From contig CALQSQ010000013.1 in assembly GCA_943333275.1 (NCBI GenBank), positions 1,975 through 65,974 on the forward strand: DNA of 64,000 bases, read 5' to 3'. The position numbers and the translations under genes are program-made. Below are positions 1 through 8,826 of the stretch, in pieces. A model generated the notes under the pieces. That model saw only the letters and a program-made list of their open reading frames with translations. It searched no databases and was not told where the DNA came from. This stretch comes from Akkermansia muciniphila. Lineage in GTDB: Bacteria > Verrucomicrobiota > Verrucomicrobiia > Verrucomicrobiales > V1-33. The first letter of the stretch is position 1. The number at the start of each line of letters is the position of its first letter.

Positions 1-1
1 C

Positions 2-139
2 GCGGAGATCGCCGCCAAACGGCCGGAAATGCTGCATCCCAACCTGCCTCGCGTTACCCAGAGGCCCTGGGGAGCGCTGGAGTTCTCCGTGCTCGACAAG
101 ACCGGCGTTTGCATCGTCTTCCGGCAGTGGCCGGCCTGA
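2..139 (+). CDS. C-terminal fragment of a VOC (glyoxalase/bleomycin-resistance fold) protein; the 5' end lies outside the window
   Basis: The frame is open from the window edge to TGA at 137-139. It reads ...RPWGALEFSVLDKTGVCIVFRQWPA, which matches the terminal PWG..F.V.D..G strand pattern of VOC proteins. It is absent from the ORF track because it has no start codon in the window. Confidence 0.4.
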   Translation, partial: AEIAAKRPEMLHPNLPRVTQRPWGALEFSVLDKTGVCIVFRQWPA

Positions 140-187
140 CCAACACAAAAAGGCCTCAGCGAAAATGAGTTTAAGAAAACACCCAAC

Positions 188-409
188 ATGAAAAACACCA
201 AGGCCTGCCCCAAATGTGGATCGCATGACATCCTTGTCGTTTCGATGAGAAAGTCAAAAAGCAGCCTTATTCCACTTGGCTTGACCATGGCCGGTTGTGT
301 CGGATTGGCCCGGCATGTGTGTGGCTCATGCGGTTATACCGAAGAATGGATTCTCAAAAAGGAGGACATCGAAAAAGTCCGGGCCAAGTTTCCAAACGGG
401 AACACTTAG
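188..409 (+). CDS. Small zinc-ribbon protein (two CxxC pairs)
   Basis: 73-aa ORF with an ATG start. It carries CPKCG near the N-terminus and CGSCG near the C-terminus, a classic 4-Cys zinc ribbon. No further family is recognised. Confidence 0.5.
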   Translation: MKNTKACPKCGSHDILVVSMRKSKSSLIPLGLTMAGCVGLARHVCGSCGYTEEWILKKEDIEKVRAKFPNGNT

Positions 410-428
410 CACCCATTGTCCGCCACCC

Positions 429-528
429 CATGATGTCATGCTACCCTCTGCATGATGTCATGTGCCCCCGTCCATGAAGTCATGGTACCCCTCCAGTTAA
501 GTCATGGCACCCCTCCCATGAGTTGAAA
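429..528. repeat. Tandem array of about 4.5 units with a 22-bp period (CATGAwGTCATG + C-rich spacer)
   Basis: GTCATG recurs at 435, 457, 479 and 501, exactly 22 bp apart. The units are CATGATGTCATG / CATGATGTCATG / CATGAAGTCATG / AGTTAAGTCATG, followed by a decayed CATGAGTTGAAA. The spacers are conserved (ctaccctctg, tgcccccgtc, gtacccctcc, gcacccctcc). Confidence 0.85.
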
Positions 529-702
529 AAGCCAAAATCGCGTCACTTTGTCCCACTTTCACCTCTCGTCTGAACAGTTTCCCAAACCCAACTCCGCATC
601 CTCCCCCTCATTTCCTTGGATTTTCCTGAAATGGGAGGTCTTGGAAGAGCGTCTTGGGGTTGACGTGTGGGTGATTTCCCGGAAAATCCTACGCTTTCAC
701 TA

Positions 703-1284
703 ATGAACTCCGCTCCCAATCCCCTCCCCGGTCTTCAGTCCCTTTATTGGATGGATTTCACGATCCAAAGGGCGGTGCTGCCGGGGGCGCTGGGGCTGAT
801 GCTGGCAGCGGGGATGTGGTGGATGACACGACCGATTCCCAATGCGGGGCCGCAGGGGGAGGTGACGCCGGAGGTGGAGTATGCGCCGTGGGTGGCGGCG
901 GCGGGGCTGGCGCTGACGGCGGTGGCGTGGGGGGTGCTGGCGCGGCGCTACGTTCTGGTGAGGAAGATCCTGAGCCAGGGCACGCCCATCAAAGGCACGG
1001 CGGTGGTGGTGGACCGTTATGACATGAATTCGCACAGCGATAGTGATACGGCTCCGATGCAGTTCACGCCCACGTATGTTTATTATGTCACCCTCCGCTA
1101 CGTCGTGGAGGGTGTGGAGCGGAAGGTGCGCCTGCGGCTGCCCTATTCACCGGGCACTTACGGCATCAAAGAGGAGGGGGAGGTGGAGTTGCTCGTGCTG
1201 GCGGAGGCGCCGCGCAAGCCGCTCATCCGCGCGGTCTATCTGGGGGGCATTGGCCCGAGCCGCCGCCGGCGTTTCTTCTGGTGA
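703..1284 (+). CDS. DUF3592-like membrane protein (two TM segments plus a beta-rich domain)
   Basis: The ORF 667-1284 opens with GTG, and the first ATG is at 703. Two hydrophobic helices are followed by GTPIKGTAVVVDRYD...YYVTLRYVVEGVERKVRL, which resembles DUF3592 topology. The start is uncertain (667 GTG or 703 ATG). Confidence 0.5.
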   Translation: MNSAPNPLPGLQSLYWMDFTIQRAVLPGALGLMLAAGMWWMTRPIPNAGPQGEVTPEVEYAPWVAAAGLALTAVAWGVLARRYVLVRKILSQGTPIKGTAVVVDRYDMNSHSDSDTAPMQFTPTYVYYVTLRYVVEGVERKVRLRLPYSPGTYGIKEEGEVELLVLAEAPRKPLIRAVYLGGIGPSRRRRFFW

Positions 1285-1304
1285 AGGGGGGATGGGCGGT
1301 GGTC

Positions 1305-4300
1305 TCACTGCGGGACGGCTTTGTAGAATGTCCGCGCGGGCGGGTTGGTGTCGAGGAAGGACAGCAGGCCGTCCGGATCGGCGTTGGCCTGGTGCAGGGG
1401 GGTCCAGATGTGCAGATCGGTACTGCGCTGGATGGTGGAGGGCTGGCCGGGGAGGACTTGGAAGAGCAGGGCGATGTGGCCGTTGGGCTGGCGGACCATC
1501 TGGGCGGTGTTGGGCGCCAGCGGGTCATGGTCGCTGATGAATAAGGTGACGGTGCCGTCCACCGTTCCGCCCTGGCCGTCGGCAATGGTGACGGCAAAGG
1601 AGTCCAATCCGCCAAAGTCCGTGGGCGGGGTGTAAGTGAGACTGCCTCCGCCGGAAGTGAGGGTGCCGCCCATGCTGCAGAGCGGGGAGAAGGAGGAGAG
1701 GGACAGGGTGCCGCCGTCGGTATCCGCAGCGCGGACGAGGATGGAGGCCACGGGAATGATGAGGGGGGTGTTCCGGAGCCCCCGGAAAATGCATCCGGCA
1801 AACGTGGGGGAAACGTTTTCAAAGACATCGGTGATCGCGATGAGGAATGGTTTCTCGAAAATCAATCCGCCGTTGTCCGTGACGCGCACGCGCACCGCAT
1901 AGTTTGATTTCGCTTCAAAATCAGCTGATGGCGTGAGGCACAGGGAGGTGCCGCTGATCGTGAAACTCGCGTTGTCGGTGTCGCCTGATCCCGTGGCCAG
2001 CGAGAAGGTGTGCGTTCCTCCGGAATCGGGGTCCATGAATCCGAGGGTGCCGATGATGGCATTGAGTGCGTTGTTTTCCGCGATGCTTGTGTCGCTGAGG
2101 ATGATGTCTGAGGGGACTTCATTGACATCGGTCACGGTGATGAGAAAACTTTGCTCATACGTCAGCCCTGGCGTGCCGCTGTCCGTGGCCCGCAGGCGGA
2201 TGCTGTAACTGGCCTGCGCTTCAAAGTTGGCGCTGGGGGTGAGTTTCAATGCGCTCCCGACAATGGTGAAACTGGCATTGTCCATGCTCCCGGTTCCGCT
2301 GACCAGGCTGAAGGCCAGCGTCGCGGATTGCCCGGCATCGGGATCCGTGCCCGTGAGGGTGGCAACCGTGGCATTCGGCGCATTGTTCTCCACGATGGTG
2401 GTGGCGCTGAGGGCGATGCCGGTGGGTGCCGAATTGGTGCCGGTGCCCTGGATGGCGAAATCGTAGGGGTTCTCGTTGGTGTCGTCATTGGCGATCGTAA
2501 GCGTGGCGGAACGCAGGCCGATGGCGGTGGGATCAAAGGTGATTTGGAAGGTGGTGGTGCCGCCGGGAGCCACCGGTGAAGCGGGCTGGGTGCTCAAGGT
2601 AAAATCCGCTCCGTTCGGGCCGCTGAGGCTCACCTTGGGCGTGCCGGTGATGCCCAGGTTGCTGGTTCCTAGATTTTCGATGGTGAAAGTGCGGACCATC
2701 GTGCCGGTGGCGGCGGGCACGCTACCGAAATCCGTGAAGTCTGCAGAAGACGGCGTGATGTCGCCATCCACGATGTCAATCCCATTGCCTAGGATGTTGA
2801 TCTCCCCCACGGCTCCGGTGCCGCGGATGGCAAAGGTGTAGGGATTTTCATTGCTGTCGTCGTTGGCGATCGAAAGGGTGGCATTGCGCGTCCCGGTGGT
2901 GGTCGGATCGAAGGTGACATCAAAGGTTGTGGAACTTCCCACCGCGACGATAGAGGCGGGCTGCTGGCTGATGAAGAAATCGTTTGGATCGGTGCCAGTC
3001 ACGCTCACAGGCGCGGTGAGATTTAGGGGGGCGCTTCCGGTATTTTCAACGGTAAAGGTCTTGATAATGGTGCCCCCAGTCACGCTGGTGGTGCCAAAAC
3101 TTGTGGAATCCCCGGTGCGCGGAGTGGTGTCGCCATCCGAGATATTTGTTCCGTTGCCCCTTACGTTGATCTCGGGAGAGGCACCGGTTCCGCGAATGGC
3201 AAAGGTGTAGGGATTCTCGTCGCTGTCATCATTGGCAATGGTGAGGGTGGCCGCCAGAGTCCCGCCGGTGCTGGGATCGAAAGTCACCTGAAAAGACGCA
3301 GATCCCCCTGCCGCGACCGGGGAAGCGGGTTGTGCTGTCACCGTAAAATCTGCGGCATCGGTGCCGCTCACCGTCACCTTGGGGGTGCCGGTGAGGCTCA
3401 GCGGGCCGGTGCCGAGATTTTGAAGGACGAACGTGTGCACGACTGTGCCACCGGTGATGGCGGCGGTTCCGAAATCGGTGAAATCCGCCGTGGTCGGCGT
3501 GGTATCGCCGTCCACAATGCTGACCCCGTTGCCAGTGATGTCGATTTCCGGAACGGATGTGTCGAACGCCAGATTGAACGTCATGGTCGCACCGGAGGCG
3601 CTGATGCCACTGATCACATTTCCGGAGGAGGTGATAACGCCGCCCTTGTAGGACTTGGTGTCCGGGACCGTGGTGGAATTGATCTGGCTCACCCCGCCAC
3701 TGCGGTAAACGTCACCGCCGTCGCCACGGTTGTTTTTCTTTTCCATGTTGTAAAGACCATCCGCCTGCAGCAGGGCGATTTTATAATGGCTGCCGTTGCC
3801 TGGCCACCCCACCTGCCCGGGATAGCCTTCCGTCGTGTTGTTCGCCTTGGATTCATCGATGTGCCAGATAGCGAGGCCTCCCTGGGGCATGGCTGATTCC
3901 ATGCCGTAGGGCTGGCGGTTTTCCACTAGCAAATATTCTCCAGACGGAAATCCGGTGGTGATCTTGAGGACGGAGGCGGTGGTTTCAACGCGCTGGGCAG
4001 TTTGCGGTCCGGCACCGATGACGGTGGGCGCTACCCAGCCGAGCTGGATTTTGCACCAGGCGGAGAAATGGGGTGGGTGAAGCTGGGAGTTATCGAACCC
4101 CCAGGAGTTGGCCATCAGACACCACGAGCCAATGCCCTCGCTGGTGCCATCTGTGTCGTAGAGGTCCGGAAGGCCGAAAAAATGGCCCGTCTCGTGGCAG
4201 ATGACGCCGATACGCACCGGGGAAGTGCCGCTCGTCCCCCAGAGTGCGGGCTCCGTGTGGTAATCGCGCACCTTCACTTTCACACCTAGTCCGTTGTTGT

Positions 4301-5195
4301 CGGCGCTTGTCCAGTTGGTCGGCAGCGCCCAACGGTGCGACCAGATCCAGTTTCCCCCACCGCCGCCCGTTTCCGCTCCATAGCCGGAATGGATGACAGA
4401 AATGGCATCGATAAATCCATCATTGTCCTGGTCAAACTGCCCAAAATTCACCGTGGCATCCGCTAATGCGAGGGCGTCCTCCACCATCTTCTGGGCGTTC
4501 TGCGGATAGGAGCCCGTGCCATCCGCGCCGTTGGCGTAGTAGGCCTCGGTTTGAGGCAGGGTGACCCAGACCGTGACGGAACTTTGCAACGTCATTACGC
4601 CGTAGGAATTTTCGGTGTAATAGTCCCGCACACTACCGGTGGGGGCAAGGGTGGGATTACCGCCGACGGCATTGAAGATCGTATCGTAGTCAGTTTCCGC
4701 CCGGGTGTGCACGCCGAGGGTGTGGTCGGCAAACCGGCAGAGCACGACGAGATTTTTCACCGTGCCTGAAGGAGGTACCAGGGCCGGAGGTGCCGAAGCC
4801 GCGTCCGCCGCACCTCCGCCCTGCACCAGGGCGGGACCCATTTTCCGTCTCTCGCGTTTGGCTGGTTCCGGCAGCAGGTGCTTGGGAACCCCCAGGGATG
4901 CCGCAGAGCCTTTTGCGGCCCGCACGTCGCTCGCCACCAACTTCCCTGCCGCATCCAACCGCCCATAGAAATATTCACCTCCCTGCCGGACCACCGTGTA
5001 GCCCGCCTCGTCCTCAAACCAATTGAACGACTCATCCCCCCGAATGTGCAGCTTCACCACCGATCCATCCGCCTGCGTCACCTCCACCGGCTGTGGGCTG
5101 GCATTGATGGCCGCAGCCTCACGCAGGCCACCGAGAAAAAGGATGGCCATGGTGCCGCCCTGGAGAACACGGCTGAGGGAGAGGTGGCGGATCAT
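1305..5195 (-). CDS. Large secreted M6-family (immune inhibitor A-like) zinc metalloprotease with three ~124-aa beta-sandwich repeats and cadherin-like domains
   Basis: 1296-aa ORF with an N-terminal signal-like segment. The HExxH motif HETGHFFGLPDLYD is encoded at 4196-4155. Three repeats of (E)I(D/N)(I/V/L)xGNGxxIxDGDxTP...ANDDxxENPYxFxIxGTG occupy about 2437-3547. Two or three cadherin-like modules follow (IVENNAPN..., IAENNALN...). Confidence 0.9.
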   Translation of the reverse strand: MIRHLSLSRVLQGGTMAILFLGGLREAAAINASPQPVEVTQADGSVVKLHIRGDESFNWFEDEAGYTVVRQGGEYFYGRLDAAGKLVASDVRAAKGSAASLGVPKHLLPEPAKRERRKMGPALVQGGGAADAASAPPALVPPSGTVKNLVVLCRFADHTLGVHTRAETDYDTIFNAVGGNPTLAPTGSVRDYYTENSYGVMTLQSSVTVWVTLPQTEAYYANGADGTGSYPQNAQKMVEDALALADATVNFGQFDQDNDGFIDAISVIHSGYGAETGGGGGNWIWSHRWALPTNWTSADNNGLGVKVKVRDYHTEPALWGTSGTSPVRIGVICHETGHFFGLPDLYDTDGTSEGIGSWCLMANSWGFDNSQLHPPHFSAWCKIQLGWVAPTVIGAGPQTAQRVETTASVLKITTGFPSGEYLLVENRQPYGMESAMPQGGLAIWHIDESKANNTTEGYPGQVGWPGNGSHYKIALLQADGLYNMEKKNNRGDGGDVYRSGGVSQINSTTVPDTKSYKGGVITSSGNVISGISASGATMTFNLAFDTSVPEIDITGNGVSIVDGDTTPTTADFTDFGTAAITGGTVVHTFVLQNLGTGPLSLTGTPKVTVSGTDAADFTVTAQPASPVAAGGSASFQVTFDPSTGGTLAATLTIANDDSDENPYTFAIRGTGASPEINVRGNGTNISDGDTTPRTGDSTSFGTTSVTGGTIIKTFTVENTGSAPLNLTAPVSVTGTDPNDFFISQQPASIVAVGSSTTFDVTFDPTTTGTRNATLSIANDDSNENPYTFAIRGTGAVGEINILGNGIDIVDGDITPSSADFTDFGSVPAATGTMVRTFTIENLGTSNLGITGTPKVSLSGPNGADFTLSTQPASPVAPGGTTTFQITFDPTAIGLRSATLTIANDDTNENPYDFAIQGTGTNSAPTGIALSATTIVENNAPNATVATLTGTDPDAGQSATLAFSLVSGTGSMDNASFTIVGSALKLTPSANFEAQASYSIRLRATDSGTPGLTYEQSFLITVTDVNEVPSDIILSDTSIAENNALNAIIGTLGFMDPDSGGTHTFSLATGSGDTDNASFTISGTSLCLTPSADFEAKSNYAVRVRVTDNGGLIFEKPFLIAITDVFENVSPTFAGCIFRGLRNTPLIIPVASILVRAADTDGGTLSLSSFSPLCSMGGTLTSGGGSLTYTPPTDFGGLDSFAVTIADGQGGTVDGTVTLFISDHDPLAPNTAQMVRQPNGHIALLFQVLPGQPSTIQRSTDLHIWTPLHQANADPDGLLSFLDTNPPARTFYKAVPQ

Positions 5196-5290
5196 GCGGG
5201 CATTCGGAAGTTGGAGGGGATGATATTCCAGCGCACTTCATTTTACGGATCCTCCACCGTTTTGCCAAGCCAGAATATGGCGGCGCGCGC

Positions 5291-7810
5291 TCACACCTCA
5301 CGCCACTCGTGCTTGGGGTAGCGGCGTTTGAGTTCCTTGGCGATGGCGGGGTAGCTGTTCAGCCAAAAGCTGGCGAGGTCCTTGGTGACCTGAATGGGCC
5401 GCATGTTGGGGGCGAGGAGTTGGATGAGCAGGGGGACGCGGCCGGCGGCGATGCGGGGAGTTTCCTTCTGTCCATAGAAATCCTGGATGCGCGAGGCGAT
5501 GGTGGGCTCGGTGCCGTGAGCGTAATTGATCTTGGCTTTGCGTCCGGCGGCGAGGTCAATGCGCTCGGGGGCGTGGCGCTGGAGGGCCTGGTTCTGGGTG
5601 TGGCTGAGCCAGGCCTGGAGGGCGGGGGCGGGGTTGAGTTCCTTGATTTCCTTGTAGCTTTTGCAGCCGTGGAAAAGTTCCTCGTAAACGAGGCGGCGGT
5701 CGGACTCGGTGAACTCGGGGAGTTCGAGTTCGGGCATGTGCTGGCGGAGAAAATTCAGCCGCGCGAGCCATTGTTGGGCGTTGTCGTCCCATCCGGTGAA
5801 GACGAGCGAGCCGTCGAAGACCATTTCGGCAAGGAGGGTGGCGGCGGCGGAATCCGTGGGTTCGCCGGACTGGCGTTCGCGAAGGATGAGATCACGGAAA
5901 CGGACGGTTTCCTTCTGCTGGACGCGCCGTTGGAGCGTATCCCAAGTGGGGCCGACGGTGCGTGCGAAATCGTCCGGAAACATTTCCTGAAGCCAGGTCT
6001 CCTCGATTTCGGTATTGAGGCTGAGGAGGACTTGAATGTCGCGGCCCTGGACTTCGGTCATCTCGGCGGCGACGAGGAGTTCGTGGCCTTTGATAATGCT
6101 TTCCTTGGCGACGGTGCCGCGGCGTTTGCCGACGACTTCGCAGGCGGTGCTGGCGACATTGGAGCGTTTGGCGACGTGGTCGGAATAGCCGGCGAGGAGG
6201 ACTTTGGCGAGGGTCTCGTGCTCGGGGAGTTCAACCGGGCCCTGCGTGCGGACGAGTCTGGCGGCGAGGCGCGAGGCTTCGCTGGCGGCCCGGCCATTGA
6301 TGCCGAGTCGGCCGCAGGCATCGGGGTGGAAATTTTCCGCTGCGGCGGCCTGCCAGGCGCGGAGCAGTGGGTAGAAATCGCTGCGGTCGTCCGGGTCATG
6401 GAAACGCTGGGCGGAGCCGCCCTGGGATTTCATAAAAATGCTGCGTCCCTGAAGCAGGGCCATCAGGAGCGCGAGCGCGGGCAGGCAGTCGCGCTGGGAG
6501 GCCTCCTCCAGCACGCGGGCCTGGCGGGGATGAAGCGGGTGGCGCGTGAGCCGCCCGCCGAGCGGGGTGAGGTGGCCGTGGGCGTCGATGGCACCGAGTT
6601 GGTGCAGCAAATTTTCCGCGAGGACGAGAGATTTGGCATCGGGGGGATCGAACCATCGGAAGGCGCTGAGGTCCTCGACCTCGGCGGCGTGGAGACCAAG
6701 GGCGACTTCCGCGAGATCCATGCGGCGGATCTCCGGGACTTCCGCAGCGGGACGTTTGCCATGATGCGATTCGCTCCACAGCCGAATGCAAACGCCTGGA
6801 CCGGTGCGGCCTGCGCGCCCGGCACGCTGATCGGCGCTGGCGCGGGAAATGGATTGGATCGTGAGCGTGTTCAGACCGCGGTTGGGATCATAGGCGGCGG
6901 TCCTCGCCTGGCCGCCATCGATGACCAGCTGCACGCCATCAATGGTGAGCGATGTCTCCGCGACATTTGTGGCGACGACAATGCGCCGCGCTCCGCCGCT
7001 GGCCACGGCAGCGTCCTGCTGCTGGGGTGGCAGCTCGCCATGGAGCGGTAAAATTTCCATGCCCTTGAGCGCCTTCTCGCGCCCGAGGGCTTCCATGGTC
7101 TTGCGAATCTCAAAGGCCCCGGGCATGAAGATGAGCGCGTGGCCATCGGGCATGCGGCTCATGGTCTCAGCACAGATGCGGGCGGCATGCTCCGGAAGAT
7201 CATCGCCCGTGGCGGTGCGCGGCGCAGCGTAGCGGATTTCCACCGGGAAGGTGCGACCTTCTGAAATGAGGTGTTCGCACGGCTGGAGGAATTGTTTCAA
7301 CTCAGCGGTCTGAAGCGTGGCGGACATGACGAGGATGGCGAGGTCCGGGCGGAGTTTCTCCTGCAAGTCGAGCGCGCGCGCCAGCGTGACATCGCCATAG
7401 AGGTGGCGTTCGTGAAATTCGTCGAAGACAACAGCGGAGACGCCACGCAACTCGGGATCATCCAGCATCCGACGCAGCAGGATGCCCTCCGTGACATAAC
7501 GGATGCGCGTCTTCGCGCTGATGGCGCTTTCCAGTCGCACTTGGTAACCGACCTCCGCACCGAGTTGCACCTGCATTTCCTCCGCCACCCGCCGCGCGAG
7601 CATTCTTGCGGCAATGCGGCGGGGCTGGAGGATGACGACTTCCCCGCCGTTGAGAACGCCGTTGGAGAATAGCATCTGGGGAATCTGGGTGGATTTCCCC
7701 GAGCCGGTTGGAGCCTCGATGACGACGCGTTTGTTCGGCAGGCCCGAGCGAAACATCCGCAACAGGGCGGGTTCCAGTTCGTAGATGGGAAGACGGTCGG
7801 GGGCGGGCAT
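5291..7810 (-). CDS. hrpB: ATP-dependent DEAH-box helicase HrpB
   Basis: Helicase motifs APTGSGKST, DEFHERH, SAT, TNVAETSLTIDGV and QRAGRAGR are present, and the ~840-aa length with its C-terminal domain is typical of HrpB. I prefer the ATG at 7810 (MPAPDRLPIYELEP...) over the ORF-track start at 7867. Confidence 0.9.
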   Translation of the reverse strand: MPAPDRLPIYELEPALLRMFRSGLPNKRVVIEAPTGSGKSTQIPQMLFSNGVLNGGEVVILQPRRIAARMLARRVAEEMQVQLGAEVGYQVRLESAISAKTRIRYVTEGILLRRMLDDPELRGVSAVVFDEFHERHLYGDVTLARALDLQEKLRPDLAILVMSATLQTAELKQFLQPCEHLISEGRTFPVEIRYAAPRTATGDDLPEHAARICAETMSRMPDGHALIFMPGAFEIRKTMEALGREKALKGMEILPLHGELPPQQQDAAVASGGARRIVVATNVAETSLTIDGVQLVIDGGQARTAAYDPNRGLNTLTIQSISRASADQRAGRAGRTGPGVCIRLWSESHHGKRPAAEVPEIRRMDLAEVALGLHAAEVEDLSAFRWFDPPDAKSLVLAENLLHQLGAIDAHGHLTPLGGRLTRHPLHPRQARVLEEASQRDCLPALALLMALLQGRSIFMKSQGGSAQRFHDPDDRSDFYPLLRAWQAAAAENFHPDACGRLGINGRAASEASRLAARLVRTQGPVELPEHETLAKVLLAGYSDHVAKRSNVASTACEVVGKRRGTVAKESIIKGHELLVAAEMTEVQGRDIQVLLSLNTEIEETWLQEMFPDDFARTVGPTWDTLQRRVQQKETVRFRDLILRERQSGEPTDSAAATLLAEMVFDGSLVFTGWDDNAQQWLARLNFLRQHMPELELPEFTESDRRLVYEELFHGCKSYKEIKELNPAPALQAWLSHTQNQALQRHAPERIDLAAGRKAKINYAHGTEPTIASRIQDFYGQKETPRIAAGRVPLLIQLLAPNMRPIQVTKDLASFWLNSYPAIAKELKRRYPKHEWREV

Positions 7811-7872
7811 GGGCAGGGAGATTCTACCATGACCCAGCCTTTTTCGCAGTGACAACGAAATCTCCACCCCAG

Positions 7873-7958
7873 CGTAGAGGGCCAGGTCACGAGACCCCCT
7901 GGTGGCAGGAGGGGAATCTGCGGTTGGAGGTTTGGGTCTCGTGACCTCGCCCTCTACG
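7873..7958. repeat. Palindromic repeat element: 25-bp inverted arms (1 mismatch) around a 36-nt loop
   Basis: The left arm CGTAGAGGGCCAGGTCACGAGACCC (7873-7897) pairs with GGGTCTCGTGACCTCGCCCTCTACG (7934-7958). A related half-copy lies at 11279-11305. Confidence 0.85.
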
Positions 7959-8062
7959 GTGTTGGGATGGACGTCTTTACGTAGAAGGCAGCAGGGTAAT
8001 CTCTGCTACAGATGCCGCGTCCCTCAGGACATCCTTTCCTCAACATCAAAACACTCCCACCC

Positions 8063-8704
8063 ATGAAATTTATCACCCTCATCAGCGCCCTGCTGCTCAC
8101 CGTCACCGTCGCCCAGGAGAAATCCGCCGACGGCTTCGTCTCCCTCTTCGATGGAAAATCCCTCGATGGCTGGAAGGCCAATGAGGAGGACAAGGACAAG
8201 AATGTTTTCTCCGCGAAGGATGGCGAACTCATCGTCAAGGGAGGCCGCGCCCACCTGTTTTATCAAGGCAAGGACGGCAAGGCGACGTTCAACAATTTCA
8301 TCTTCAAGGCCAAGGTCCTCACCAAGGCTAACGCCAACTCCGGCCTCTACCTTCACACCGAATACCAAAAGGACGGCTGGCCCTCCAAAGGCTATGAGTG
8401 CCAGGTAAACAACAGTTTCGACAAGGATCCCCGCCGCACCGGCAGCCTTTATGCGGTGCAGGATTTCAAGGACGTCATTGTGAAGGACGACGTGTGGTTC
8501 GATTACGAAATCAAAGTCGAGGGCAAACACATCACCGTTTCCATCAACGGCAAGGTGACCGCCGATTACACTGAAAAAGAAGGCGATCCCCGCGCTCCCG
8601 ACCAGGCTGCTCGCTGGCTCAAAGGCGGCACCTTCGCCATCCAGGCCCACGATCCCGGCTGCGAAGTTCACTACAAGGATCTGAAGGTCAAAGTCCTTCC
8701 ATAA
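8063..8704 (+). CDS. Secreted DUF1080 (3-keto-disaccharide hydrolase family) protein
   Basis: Signal peptide MKFITLISALLLTVTVAQE, then GFVSLFDGKSLDGWK...KDGELIV...FAIQAHDPGCEVHYKDLKVK, which is the typical DUF1080/PF06439 pattern. I prefer the ATG at 8063 over 8012. Confidence 0.85.
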   Translation: MKFITLISALLLTVTVAQEKSADGFVSLFDGKSLDGWKANEEDKDKNVFSAKDGELIVKGGRAHLFYQGKDGKATFNNFIFKAKVLTKANANSGLYLHTEYQKDGWPSKGYECQVNNSFDKDPRRTGSLYAVQDFKDVIVKDDVWFDYEIKVEGKHITVSINGKVTADYTEKEGDPRAPDQAARWLKGGTFAIQAHDPGCEVHYKDLKVKVLP

Positions 8705-8727
8705 CTTTGAACGATACCATTCATGCG

Positions 8728-8765
8728 AACCAGCCCGCGGATCACTCTGCGGGCTGGTTTGTTTT
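8728..8765 (+). terminator. Rho-independent terminator after the DUF1080 gene
   Basis: The 11-bp stem AACCAGCCCGC (8728-8738) pairs with GCGGGCTGGTT (8749-8759) across a 10-nt loop, and it runs into TTTGTTTT. Confidence 0.7.
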
Positions 8766-8826
8766 ACAAACATCTTACATCGGCCCCCTTGCGCACGCCG
8801 CGCCCATTCTTTAAGCTCCACTCATC

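Noticed and set aside
5309-7051. 580-aa ORF on the + strand, opposite hrpB. Similar long antisense ORFs occur at 11316-13460, 20286-21734, 23400-24356, 31224-32789, 35104-36834, 47062-48423, 55244-57139 and 62481-63596.
   Set aside because: Their translations are low-complexity and rich in G, A, R, E, D and P with no motifs. Each lies fully inside a strongly supported gene on the other strand. These are typical stop-codon-poor shadow frames of high-GC DNA.
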